DNA of 64,000 nt from Amphiscolops sp. MND2022 (lineage: Eukaryota), in assembly GCA_964187785.1 (NCBI GenBank), contig OZ076409.1:11720001-11784000 (forward strand). The letters are read 5' to 3'. Below, piece by piece: positions 1 through 11,900 of the stretch (position 1 is its first letter; each line of letters begins with the position of its first letter). The notes beneath the pieces were generated by a model. That model worked only from the letters and a program-made list of their open reading frames with translations, ran no database searches and was not told where the DNA came from. Both the position numbers and the translations under genes were made by a program.

Positions 1-886
1 TGCAGAAAATTTTTCATTACGAAAAATTCGAGATTCCAATCTTTCCCTACTTTCTGCCAATGTTGACCTACAAGAATCAAATCAAAGAGCGGCTTTATGT
101 CAACGATTTCCAAGATACCCCAGAAGTGCAAAAGTGTTTGCTTTAATATGCCAACTTTTTCTTTATATGAACTCTGGGCTATTTTGGATGATGATGAAGA
201 ATTGTAAATTACAATTAGTACTAAGTGAACCAAAATTGACGAAATGCATAAAAATTTTCGTGTTCTCAAATTTTCAAATATTGCCAACAAACCTTTCAAA
301 AACAACTTTGAACGCAGATGTAAATCATTCGGATTTGCTACTTCTCTCGGAAGAGAAAAAGAAAGTTTTCACACTTTTGAAGTTAGACAGAAATGACTGG
401 TAAAAACGTTTAGACAATTTTTGATGGTTCTAACCATCTTAAGCTGGAGATGTAATATGAGCTTCACTCAAAATAATTGACAGAAAAAAAAGATTTTCAG
501 TGCCTTGTTCACAAACAATACTATATTGAAGACGCAAAAATTAGGGCGTTCCGTTTTTTTGGTTAACCTGGTACATATCAGGTAACACTGCTGAACATTA
601 TGAAAAGTACCTGCCGAAGCAGAAAATGAGAGAGTAATTAGTTCTCAGTTTGTGACGTTCCAGTTCAACACGCAAATTCAACAAGCATTGCTGCCGTTCT
701 CCAATTCATCAGAAAATCCAAGAAGAAGAAGAAGAAGAATTTATTTATTTGGAAACTCATACCAAATGTCAAGGAACAAATTAGTATGTATTCCAAAAAG
801 GACAGGAAAAGAGCTTTTCAGCTCATCTAGTCCCTGCCCTACCAAAAACAATTCTTTCGTTTCCAGCTGATCTTATTTCCTAGCAA

Positions 887-3775
887 TTAGAAAAACAGTT
901 CGAAAAGATCCTTGTTGTCTGCCACGTAGAGTGTACCTAACTTCCTAACGTAGTTTTTCGTTTGCTCATCTGATTGTTTCATCAAATTTGAGGGTATCAA
1001 ATCATTCGCTTTCAACCAATTGTAACATTTATTAAGAGCATTTTTCAAACTTTTTTCCTGCATTACTGTCCGGTGGGTGGTTGCTGGTAGAAGGCCTTTT
1101 GCTTTTCTCCTCGTGTTGTAATCATAGTTAATGTTTGTGGATAAGTAAGCACATGGTGAGTTTGATTTCAATTGCTTAAAAACTTCGTTAACAACTTCTA
1201 TTATATACAATTCATAGATATTAAAAATGGTGTACTTCGTTAAGATTTCGCACAAGGAATTTTGTGGTTTTTTGAAGAAAATTGCACGAATGATTCGGCG
1301 CTGAACTTTATAGATATTTTCCAAATGTGTTTTTCTGGTACTGCCATAATTTAGAAGGCCATATTTTATCACTGATGTCACATACGCATGGTAAAATTGA
1401 AGTAAAACTTTACGTTGATACATGTGCCTTATTTTGTAAATAAGTCCACAGAACTTATTTAGTTTTTTTGTCAAATAATTTGCATGCTCACGAAATGTTA
1501 AATTTTTGTCCAAATGAATACCCAAATACTTGGCAGATTTTCTGTTTGGAATTTCTTCGCCAAATGCCTTTTCCAATTTTGGTACACTTTTTGATCCAAA
1601 CGTAATCAGCTCACATTTTGATACATTAACAGTCAATTTGTTGGCCGCAAACCACTTTCTTAATTGTAAGATATCTTCACTCAAGTCATTGGTAGCATTC
1701 CTACTGATGTTATATACAGAGGTATCATCTGCAAATAGCGTTAAATTACTCTTTTCACAGTGCTGGGGAAGGTCATTTATATAGATTAGGAACAGGAAGG
1801 GGCCGAGCACTGAGCCTTGGGGAACACCAGTTTTTATTGATTTTTCATTTGAACTTGTCTTTTTCGTTATAACGTATTGTCGTCGATCAGAGAGGTACGA
1901 TTTCATGATTTCTGAAATTGGTCCTCGGTATCCATATTTCTCTAGTTTTTGTATCAATATTTGATGATCGAGGTTGTCAAATGCTTTTTGTAGATCTATA
2001 AAGCATACATGACCATTCGTTTGTGAATGCATCTTTTCGCGAATATATTCTGTTACTTGCATGATGGCACTGCTACAAGACATCTTTGACCTGAATCCAA
2101 ATTGATTAGGACTGAAAAGTCCATTTTTCTTGTAAAATAGTGTCATTTGTTTGCACAAGACTCTCTCAAACACTTTACTTATAGGGCTTAATAAACTTAT
2201 CGGTCGATAATTCGAGGGGTCATCTGTTTGACCTTTTTTGAACACAGGAATAACTTTCGCGATTTTCAAACAATCCGGAAAATGTCTATTTTCAATTGCA
2301 TAGTTGATAGCTTCGGCAAGGTATGGATCAATGATTGGAGAACATAGTTTTAAAATTTTGTTGCTGATCTCGTCATTACCTGTGCTGTTTTTACTTTTCA
2401 TTTTCGTTATTAACTTACTGATTTCTTCCGCGTTGGTGGGGCTAATAACCATTGAATTGATGTTTCGTTCCACTTTATCCAATAAATTTGGTGATTTGAT
2501 TTTTGCAGATAATGAAGGGCCTATTCCAGTGAAATATTCGTTAAGGACTTGAGCACTCGGCAGATTTGCAGGTTGGTTTTCATTTCGTTTTTGAGCGGAT
2601 TTCAATGTCCCAAAGAGAGTCTTAGCATTGGGGTTTTCACCTAAAACTTTCTCGTTGTGATCTCTTTTTGCATTTCTAATCACCTTAGTTACTCGATTCC
2701 GTTGTTTAACATATCTTTCTCGATTGGAATCATTTGGTTGGAGTATCCATATTTTGAATAATTGATCACGCTTAACTGTTTCATTTTTAACCTTGTTTGT
2801 AATCCATGAGGATTCTTTTTTATTCTTATGACTGATTTCTTCCTCCGGGGCAAATCTATTCAAACAATCCATGATAATTTTACTTAAGGTTTCAAAGCGT
2901 TCATCAACATCTGTAATTACACTGAGAGACTTTAGTTTCTGATCCAGTAGAAATAAGAAATTCAAATACTGGTCTCCTTTCAGTTTGTTCAAGTTTCGTT
3001 TTTTGATTGGTTTTTCGGTTGATATCTCCGATCGTGATGTCCAAAATGATGCAGTAAATTCGACGGCATAATGATCAGATATCGTTATCGTGATGGTTTT
3101 AGTTTCAACCATTGAAGACGTTATTACGTGATCGAGACAGGTGGCAGATGTCGCAGTAACTCTGGTGGCCTGAAAGTTTCGAATTCTGTATCCGTATGAG
3201 TGTATCAAATTTTCATATTTCGTTTTTTCATAGCTTGGTTTTAGCGTGTCTATGTTGAAATCTCCAAAAATCAAAGTTTCTTCCTTTAAATTTCTTAAAA
3301 ACGCAAATAACTTGTCAAGGTCTTCAATGAAAATATTAATGCTATTTTGAGGCCGGTATACCACGCAAAAGTTTTTTACAATTCGATTACTGCCCATTAC
3401 TCTGATTATAAGACATTCTAGATCTGAGGTAAAATTGATTCGCTCGAACTGTAGACTACGCTTCGAATACACTGCAACACCGCCTCGTTTTTGACCATTA
3501 TTACGTGGTTTAGATTCCAGCGGATGGTAGCCGTCAATGTGATATTCCTTGAGTGGGTCATTTTCAGTTAACCAAGTTTCAGTGAGCAATATGAGATCAG
3601 GTGTTTCTTTATAGTCTTGAAGTTTCACTAGGAGATCATCATGATGGTATCTTAATGATCTTATATTAAGGCCAAGGAAAGTAGTTTCAGCTGGACTAGT
3701 ATGAGAGAATTGTTTTTCTAAAGACATCAAACGGAAAATGAGATTAGTACAGTAGAGCTTAGAAGAGAGCACCAT
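887..3775 (-). CDS. LINE ORF2: APE-type endonuclease + reverse transcriptase (962 aa, uninterrupted)
   Basis: EN motifs LNIRS, LTETW, GGVAVY, VYRP, GDFN, CLDH, SDH. RT motifs NYRPISLL, QFGFR, FIDLQKAFD, GVPQGSVLGP, FADDT, YLG. Confidence 0.97.
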   Translation of the reverse strand: MVLSSKLYCTNLIFRLMSLEKQFSHTSPAETTFLGLNIRSLRYHHDDLLVKLQDYKETPDLILLTETWLTENDPLKEYHIDGYHPLESKPRNNGQKRGGVAVYSKRSLQFERINFTSDLECLIIRVMGSNRIVKNFCVVYRPQNSINIFIEDLDKLFAFLRNLKEETLIFGDFNIDTLKPSYEKTKYENLIHSYGYRIRNFQATRVTATSATCLDHVITSSMVETKTITITISDHYAVEFTASFWTSRSEISTEKPIKKRNLNKLKGDQYLNFLFLLDQKLKSLSVITDVDERFETLSKIIMDCLNRFAPEEEISHKNKKESSWITNKVKNETVKRDQLFKIWILQPNDSNRERYVKQRNRVTKVIRNAKRDHNEKVLGENPNAKTLFGTLKSAQKRNENQPANLPSAQVLNEYFTGIGPSLSAKIKSPNLLDKVERNINSMVISPTNAEEISKLITKMKSKNSTGNDEISNKILKLCSPIIDPYLAEAINYAIENRHFPDCLKIAKVIPVFKKGQTDDPSNYRPISLLSPISKVFERVLCKQMTLFYKKNGLFSPNQFGFRSKMSCSSAIMQVTEYIREKMHSQTNGHVCFIDLQKAFDNLDHQILIQKLEKYGYRGPISEIMKSYLSDRRQYVITKKTSSNEKSIKTGVPQGSVLGPFLFLIYINDLPQHCEKSNLTLFADDTSVYNISRNATNDLSEDILQLRKWFAANKLTVNVSKCELITFGSKSVPKLEKAFGEEIPNRKSAKYLGIHLDKNLTFREHANYLTKKLNKFCGLIYKIRHMYQRKVLLQFYHAYVTSVIKYGLLNYGSTRKTHLENIYKVQRRIIRAIFFKKPQNSLCEILTKYTIFNIYELYIIEVVNEVFKQLKSNSPCAYLSTNINYDYNTRRKAKGLLPATTHRTVMQEKSLKNALNKCYNWLKANDLIPSNLMKQSDEQTKNYVRKLGTLYVADNKDLFELFF

Positions 3776-3776
3776 T

Positions 3777-4619
3777 TTATGTTTTGGCTACTTTCGATAC
3801 ATTGATTAAGCTTCCAATATTCCCGAGATAAGCCGAGTCAGTTATTTCTTTCAAGAACTGTACACCTTCTTCATCTGGAGCTTCTCTTATACTTTTCAAT
3901 ATTTCTTCCAAGTTTGGTTTTCTACTGCTGGTAGTTGGGTACTTTTTTGTTGTTGCTGCTATAGGCTGAACAGCTTTTCTTTTCTGTAGCGCTGTATTTT
4001 TGATATCATCGACTGCTTTGAGACTGTTTACACCCACGCTGTGAATAACTCCTTGACAATTCTTGCGAAAAACTTTCACCTGAGAATTTAGAGTTGTTGT
4101 TATCAAATTGAGGCTCTCTGCATGCTGTTTTATAGCAACATCAGTTTTTGGCAACCTTTCTTTGATATAGATTGGGCTTTTGTTCGTGGGATTTACACAT
4201 TTCGATAGCCATGATTTCCTTTTGTAAATCTCAGACTTTTCGCCAAAGTATATAAACTTGATGATTATGGCTGGGGCAAATTTTCCAGATTTCCAGGGTC
4301 CCAGTGGGTGACAGGCCTTGAAATTACCAGGACAAGTTTCAAAGTTCAAATAGTCTTTCAAGAAATCGCACATTTGTTCCGCCAGAGGATAATTTTTGTC
4401 GTTACATATTGGTGCGTTTTCGAAAATCAGCGTGTCTTTAGAAGAATATCGTTCTTGTTCATGAATGCGGTCCTCCAAATCCACAACTTTTTGTTCCAAA
4501 AAGGAAATTCTCTTACCTTTGTTCTCCAATTCATCGAATAAATGCTGTAATAATTGTTTAACATTACCCTCCTCCAATTGATTGAGCTTCGTAGTAAAAT
4601 GGTTTGGGTCTAATTCCAT
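3777..4619 (-). CDS. LINE ORF1: coiled-coil + RRM-like nucleic-acid chaperone
   Basis: ATG at 4619 (MELDPN...). Heptad region (ISFLEQKVVDLEDRIHEQERYS) followed by LIFENAP / ACHPL / AIIIKF / IYIKERL, typical of LINE ORF1. The stop lies 1 nt before the ORF2 ATG. Confidence 0.88.
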   Translation of the reverse strand: MELDPNHFTTKLNQLEEGNVKQLLQHLFDELENKGKRISFLEQKVVDLEDRIHEQERYSSKDTLIFENAPICNDKNYPLAEQMCDFLKDYLNFETCPGNFKACHPLGPWKSGKFAPAIIIKFIYFGEKSEIYKRKSWLSKCVNPTNKSPIYIKERLPKTDVAIKQHAESLNLITTTLNSQVKVFRKNCQGVIHSVGVNSLKAVDDIKNTALQKRKAVQPIAATTKKYPTTSSRKPNLEEILKSIREAPDEEGVQFLKEITDSAYLGNIGSLINVSKVAKT

Positions 4620-6489
4620 TTTGTAAGCGTTCAAGAAGTCAATAAATACTGTCGATAACGTTTTGGTAAAGCCAATTTTGCAATGTGTAGCGCAAAGTTC
4701 TATTGTATTCAGTTTTGCTTTCTTCTATGCACAAGACGCGACTATTCACTGCATAGCATTCTCGCTGTGATTCACTGCATAGCTTCTCGCCAAATAGTGA
4801 ACATTGGTCTTTTGAAGATATCTTAATTTGTTCGCATTTTGAAGTTTTTGTTTAATTCAGAAAATGTTTTCCACCATTTTTTGTCGTAACTCAGTTTAGA
4901 CCAGACGGAAAGTGTTTTGCTGTTACAATAGTGTATGAAATGAACTGAACTCTATTTGTAAAAAAGATTGGACCGAAACAAAACTAGCTCTGATTTCTAT
5001 CATCAACGTTATTTCAAAATCAAACAAACATTCTAAAGTTTTGTAGGGCACTTTAAATGTAAGTTTGCAAATAATGAAATAACCTCCTCGTTTCATTTTT
5101 CAATGATTTTATTTGATACTGAAATGGCAAGAGACATCATTTTTAGACAAGTTTGTAACATTTGGCACGTAATATGTAACTTTTATTTGGCCAATACTTC
5201 ATTTCATGAAGATATTGAACTGTTGTACATCAAGATAATTGGCATTATAGAGTTTTTGATAAGGGGTTTTCTTTTATTTCATTCACAATCTTAATACGTG
5301 ATACGTGAGACAGTTATTTTTCGCGAAGATTGGGGATTATGTTTTCGGTTTTAGCTTTTTACCAATAACATTAATATCAGGAGAATCTGCTAATTAAGGC
5401 GATTGTACCCATTATCTTAAACATTCGATTTGTCTTTCCAGTCCCTTAAATTCATGAACAAATTAGAGAATGAAAGAAATGTAGAATGCTAGCTTTGTTT
5501 ACATGTATTCCAAAATAATTCTTACAAATAAGGGTTCAGTTCTTTTCTTACACTATTGTACCTACCTTAGTTGGTTTTGTTCATGCGCTGCCCAGTAAAT
5601 AAACCTGTAATCGTTTCTTTGGCACAATAAACGTTCTGAGTACTCAATCTGAACTAAGATTCTGCCTACTGATATAATGTAATTCTTGTCGTGCGATTTA
5701 CAGAAATTATCCAGTGACACTGAGCAATTTTCAATCTTTCTTCTCAAGCAAAACGCAGGATTCTTGACTTTTTGGTCTTTGAACAAATTTTTGTTTTCCA
5801 GAATATTGTTGAATGGTATGATGCTTTGTTTGAATCGAACTTAGATTATAAAATACTTGAATTTTCTCAGTTGCTACTTTCAACGGACAACAATTATAAC
5901 AAAGTCACCTGTTACAAGGTGATTGATTCTAATGAAATCTGTTGTAGAAGTTTCTTTACATCAAACGAAAATGGAACTCGATCGAAACATTTCAGTAGCT
6001 TCCCCAAAATAAATTTGCAACAAGAAGCTCGGTGTCACTGCAATGATTTTTTGAAATTACAAGACACCTTCACAAGACAAAATCACACTAAAACATCATT
6101 TGTTTGAAAAAGGAAAAGTTGAGTCTTTCCAACGCTTTCTCATCGTACAGTCTTGAAACGACTCAAAAAGTAGAATAAACTGAACTTTGGATCGTAATAA
6201 ACTACTTTGATACAGTTCAATTCGAAGATTTACAAAAATTTGAAAGCAGTCCATTTTGAGCCCCTTCCTTGTTCCCCCCAAAAATTAGCCAACATACGGC
6301 AAAAAATGAATATACTGCTTTTTAGTAGTTATGTACGTTGTATCAGAAAAGGGATTTGTTTCTGTTGGATAAATACGCAAATTCCACCTTAGCTGGTGCG
6401 AACTCATGCATTTTTTCGGAAAACATTTTGAGGAGCATGGGGTAACAGGTGAGCGTATGGATTAGTAGAAAAAGCATGGGTTATTATGG

Positions 6490-6720
6490 TGAGCATGGGG
6501 TAATGATTGGAGCACAGGTTGGAATCTCTTTCAACTCACAAATGTTGGGTCTTGAACAACTCCTTCATCCCAAACTTAGTGGTCAGTGACAAATAATATT
6601 GAATTTGGCGGAGAAAAGCAAATTAAAAAGGGCAAGGGCGAGCAGTCAGACCTTTGTGGCCTTGAGCAAATCACTTCAAAACCACAGCTTCAAGTTGGCC
6701 ATTGCTTGACCACTTGGTAT
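6490..6720 (+). repeat. Decayed tRNA-derived SINE with CORE-like motif (paralog of 21918-22170)
   Basis: Degenerate B-box GGTTGGAATC; motif TGTGGCCTTGAGCAAATCACTT resembling the SINE CORE/central domain. Confidence 0.45.
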
Positions 6721-6904
6721 CATAGGTTGCCAACGAGAAATTAGTGTCCGAAAGGGCGCCGACTTAGAAAAACAGAACTGCTTATTCGGCGCGGACTTGA
6801 GAAAAAGAACGCTCTTAAGTGAGAAACAAAATCAAAAACGTCGTACAAAACCGGAAAGATCACAATCTTATGCTTAAAAAATTTGCTTGCTGTAAACAAA
6901 AAAT

Positions 6905-7357
6905 AAACCGGGAACGGCCCAAGTCGGCGCCATATCAAAGGCTCAAAAATTGCAAAAGGACATCAAAATGTCAAAGTATTGGTGAATTGGGGACCCTTTT
7001 ATGGAAAAAAAACTTTGAAAAAAAGTCTCATAATACCGGAAAAAATTGAAAGGGGGAAATATTTGGGATTTTCAACATCCATTCTGTCGGAAAATATCAA
7101 AAAAATGAAAGGGACCCTTTGATGAATTTTTTTTCGAAAAAGTTCTCACAGAGCCGAAAATACTCTTAGGGAGTACACTTTGGCCCCGTTGAATTTCTTA
7201 GATGGTGTAAAAATACTACTTCGTAAGCTAAGTAAGAATTGGAAAAATTGTAAGAATTGTAAGAAAAGTGGACCATTCAGAGTGAGATTGTAGGCTGAAA
7301 AAAACTACCCACTGTAGTAGTCGGGTATTTTTCCTTAAGGGAAAAGGCGCATACTAA
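6905..7357 (-). mobile_element. Non-autonomous Helentron-type element (HINE) copy
   Basis: Family end ACCGGGAACGGCCCAAGTCGGCGCCATAT..AAGGCTC; other end degenerate GGCGCATACTAA. Confidence 0.7.
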
Positions 7358-7456
7358 AAGAAGTGAATTGGTGTAAGCGAAAAAAAATTGTTCATTAAAA
7401 ATCAGACATTGCCGAATGCAGCCAAAAAACATTTTTTTCCTAACTGAAAACATGAA

Positions 7457-7720
7457 CAAGACGAGAATGCTTGAAGTCGGCGCTTACTTAACGTTCAAAA
7501 AGTGCAAATATTTAAAATGTCCCGAAATAGTTTCAAAAGTACGATAAACTAGAAAAATTCAAACCTTGTAATCCATTGGACTGTAACATTAACCTCTAGG
7601 TCTTAGAATTAAAGTCTGTAGAAGTGGACCATTCAGTGTGAAATCTGTGGTATAGAAAAATTGAGAAAAAAATTAATCGCCAATAGTGGGGTCTAGTTTT
7701 TCATAAAATGCACTCACTAA
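7457..7720 (-). mobile_element. Old divergent HINE copy (paralog of 22546-22966)
   Basis: ACAAGACGAGAATG..AAGTCGGCGC end; body shared with 22546-22966. Confidence 0.55.
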
Positions 7721-8412
7721 GAAGACCGAAATGAAAACTACTTCATGAAACCTTTTTTTGCAAAACACCGACAGTGCCGACGAAAGCCAAGAGGCGATCT
7801 TTTGCACCTTTGCACTCATCCAGCTTGGGTCATTTCACAAGACGCCCGCTAAGCAGCGGGCAACTTTTCCGCCCACTCGTTTTATAAAAAAAAACAATGC
7901 GAAAGCTAGGCTCGACGTCCCTAGCTAAGTGTAAACATCAGAAAAACTCGAATAAAAAACAGAATATTCAGTTTTTTACTGTCAAACAAAGTCTCATGGT
8001 GCCGAAAAACCCAAAAGAAGACCCTCTAAAATTGCAAAACCCCTTTTCGGAGCCAAAAAAAGGAAGTGAAGGACGTACCCTTTGACAAAATGATTTTCTT
8101 TTGAAAAAGTCTCACAATACCGATAAAACCGTAGACTTTTTCTGCATGTTTTGAGAAAACTCTCATCAACCCCACAGGGCGAACAATAACCAAAGAGGTC
8201 ACCCTTAATGCTTGGAAAACAGTTTTCCTCAACAAATCCTCCAAAACTAGAAATTGAGTGAAAAATTGTCTTCGAAAACTTGCATAGTGCCGAACAACTT
8301 GGGGGGGGGATTCTGTGTTCTTGCAAAGCACCGTGATTCTGCTTACAAATTGTAAAGAGGCTTCTGAAACGAAAACGGTAAAAATTTCCCAGATTTCCAA
8401 AAAGCCCAAAGG

Positions 8413-8841
8413 TGTTACTGACCTCGCATAAGGGATGAATTCGTCGTAGAAGTCGTGGGGACAGTGGCCATAAAATGATTGGTCAGGAAATGCCCGAAAA
8501 CACTGACTAAGATTAGCAAAAGGTTGAGACCAGTAAAATAACTGATATTATATAAAGTATATTTCTTATATAAGAATATATAGAAAAAGAGGAGGGGTAA
8601 CACAGAGGGGACGTTTCGAAATATATTTACCTGAGGAATTGCTTTCCTCTTTTACTTTTCTTTTCTTGAATTTCGTTTCTATAACTTGCAAAGGCGCAAA
8701 GATTAATTTTCGAATAATTTCATTCAGGAGAACTTGCAAAGAGCAAATACGAGTTAAACAACAATTGAAAAACTACTCAAAAGATTTCACGTATGAATCA
8801 CAATCAAAGAAATTCATCGATCGAAATGTTGAGTCAAAACA
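8413..8841 (-). repeat. 3' LTR of BEL/Pao element
   Basis: 429 bp with roughly 20 differences from 15268-15696 by eye. Preceded on the minus strand by PPT-like CGGGGTCGGAATA (8842-8854). Confidence 0.95.
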
Positions 8842-8909
8842 TATTCCGACCCCGAAAAGGGTTTGGATGAAAGTTGATATCACTATTCAGGTGAAATTAA
8901 GGCGAAGTT

Positions 8910-11900
8910 TCAAGTTTTGTTTGCGATGTCGACAGGGATTTTTGACAACTTCACGACTGGTCTGTGAATGTAGCCATAGGTTGTTTTGAGTCTGCAAGAT
9001 CGCACGACTCCATCCGCCCCCGGAAAAACTTTGTCAACTCTTGCCATCGGCCATAACCCACGTGGTGTAAAATCTTCTAGTACCCAAACCAAGTTGCCAG
9101 GCTGCAAATTTTGAATTGGAGTGGACCATTTGCCACGCTTGAGGAGAGTAGGCATGTATTCTTTTAGAAAACGATTGCAAAACTGATCAGAAATCTGTTG
9201 TGCTTGCTTCCAACTGCTGGAGATAGTAATTGACTTATCCAAGAAAATGCCGGGTGGAAAAGTTGGCGATGGACGGCCCAGCAGGAAATTGTTTGGTGTG
9301 ATTGGTTCCACGTCTCGGAAATCGCTGGATACTTGAGTAAGAGGTCGACCATTCATCATAGCAGCAACCTCGCACACAAACGTCGAGAGGGTGTCATTTG
9401 TCAAAGTTCGAGAACCAATTACACGGTAAAAGGCATTCTTGAACACCTTTACCAAACACTCCAAACAACCACTAAAATGAGGCGATGATGGGGGGATAAA
9501 GCGCCAATCCAAATGGAGTAGTAACAAGGCGTCGCGAAAGGAATTGTCCGTCGAAGTTTCTCAATGCCATCTTTCAATTCTTTACTAGCTTTGATGAAAG
9601 TTGTCGCATTGTCAGAGTAGATTGGTGGATTTCCACGCAAAGAAACGAAACGACGTATTGCCATGAGGGTTGTCTCAGTATTAAGATCAGCACAAGCTTC
9701 GATATGAACAGCTTTTGTGACAAGGCAAGTAAATAGCAAGCAATGTCGTCTCTCGAATTGACCATTGTCTTTGATTGGAAACGGACCAACGAAATCGAGT
9801 CCTGATGTAAGAAATGGAAAGTGGTTCGCAGAAGGTAAGCGACAATCAGGTAGATTAGCCCTGATCGGATAGTCAACGTGCTGGTTTATCCTTCTGCAAG
9901 GAATACAATGATGGATGATGGCCTTGAGTGCAGACCGACAACGCAGAACCCAAAACTGTTCTTGAACAATGCTACGAGACTGTTCGAGACTAGCATGGGA
10001 GTTGCTTTTGTGTATATGGAGGAGAAAGAGTTTTACTGCCGGATGTTTCGAATCAAGAATGATTGGGTAACGAGCCACAAGCAGATATTTAGCTTCGGAA
10101 AGCCTGCCACGAGAGCGAAGAAGACCTTGACGATCAAGAAATGGAGAGAGCGATGATATTCGTGAGTTAGACGCCGGAAGTTTTTGATTCCTAGAGCGTT
10201 GGTTTGTTCCGGAAACGAAGTTCGTTGAGTCTCCAATAAGATCCAACTGAACGCTTTCATAAGGTGAACAACACCCAGTCTATCGTTGATGCGACGGTGT
10301 TTGTCCAACAATGAATAACAGAATGCCATGGTTTTGAGGAGACGAGTCCATGTCTAAAATTTTGAAAAGATACGATTGCGTCAATTGGGTGCAGAGGGAA
10401 GCAAGAATTTGGACATTCGGGTGCGATGTTTGGTCTTTCTGGCCAAGTCTCTTGGTTTTTCAGAAGGAAATCGGGTTCTTTGAGCCATCGTGATTCGGAT
10501 GTAAAATTTAAAACCGGTATTCCTCTAGTACCATCGTCGGCCGGATTCAAGTCTGTGGGAACGTAACGCTACTGCGACACAGTCGAAGTTGAGAGAATGA
10601 TGGGTATACAGTTGTCTATGAAAATTTAGTGTCCGCTCTCGGATGAGTTGATCCAAGATAGAACTGTAGTGCTGTCTGTCCAATATACAATTGTGTCGAA
10701 AGAAAAGTTTTGTTCTTCTTTCATGAATTGAGCCAGTTTAGCTCCGTTCGTTGCAGCCAAAAGTTCGAGATTGCGGTGGTCATTCTCTTGATTGGTGCTA
10801 CTCGAGCTTTTCCTAGAATGAAACTGAGACTCACGGATTTGTCGGAGGAAACTGTACGAAGAAATACAACATTGGCTATTGCTTTTTCAGAAGCATCGTT
10901 AAAAACGAGTAATTCTTTATGAATTGGTTGTTTGGAAGCTTCGAAATAATGTCGCTTGATGTGAACTGTCGAAAGGTTCGCTACAACTTCGAAAACATTT
11001 TTCAACTCAGGATGAGCTTGAAGCGCGATTGGACAATCCCAATGCTGGTTATCCTTCCAAATTTGTTGAAGAGAGGTTCGAACGCGAATTTGAATAGGTG
11101 ACGAACTACCAAAAGGGTCGAAAAATGAAGAAACGTACTTCAGTAGAGTTCTTTGGGTTAGCTTTTTTGGAGTGTCTTGAAAATTGGTAGGTTGCAAAAG
11201 ATAGCAATCGTTAATCGGATTCCATTTCACACCTAATACTCTGTCAAAATCTTTCTTGTTTGTATTGACTGGTGCTGAAATCGACCTGTCGGACTCCGGA
11301 ATGGACTGATTGAATTCAAGATTGTTGTACATCCATTTCGCTAAATTGAAACCACCGGTTGCTAAAACTGTTTGGAGGATTGTGCGCAAATTCTTTGCTT
11401 CTTCGAGGGTATCAGTCGACACATAAAGATAGTCCATGTAGATGTGACGAGCGACCAAACTTGGAGCGTCAGGAGAGGCAGTTTTGTTGTCCTCGGCGCA
11501 TTGTCGAACGGGCGTAGCAAGCAGCACAGGGTGATTCTGTGGCACCAAAAATATGGCGATTGTACTCATGAACTTTGTTACGCCATAAATATCGTAAGAA
11601 GCGTCTATCTGAAGGTGGCACCGAAACTTGCATGAACATTGCTTCAATGTCAGCGGATATGGCAACACATTGTTCGCGAAAGCGCATAATCAAACCAGTA
11701 AGGTTACACAACAAGTCAGGTCCTTCCAGAAGACTAGAATTCAGCGAAGTACCTTGATAAACTGATGATGCATTGGTTACTCTTCGAATATTACCAGGTT
11801 TTTTTTACATTGGTTACAGGATAGTGTGGAAGGTACCCAGCGTTTTCTCGATTCGCTTCGGAGTCAGGTACAACAGACACGTATCCCTTCTCAATGTCGG

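Larger units (their letters stand above)
722..4789 (-). mobile_element. Apparently full-length, intact non-LTR retrotransposon (L2/CR1 group, Crack/Daphne/Kiri-like)
   Basis: ORF1 and ORF2 on the minus strand. 3' tail AATAAATAAA(TTC)n at 722-750, 3'UTR stem-loop at 800-839, two ~26-bp tandem repeats at the 5' end (4744-4790). Candidate TSD CCAA at 718-721 and 4790-4793. The flanks join into the empty paralogous site at 20477-20620. Confidence 0.93.

Noticed and set aside
1530..2552. Antisense ORFs within LINE ORF2 (and similar ones in the BEL element and exon 1)
   Set aside because: Shadow frames of real coding sequence.
8415..8989. LTR-encoded ORFs (62-123 aa, repeated at 15245-15865)
   Set aside because: Low-complexity chance ORFs whose ends differ between the two LTRs.
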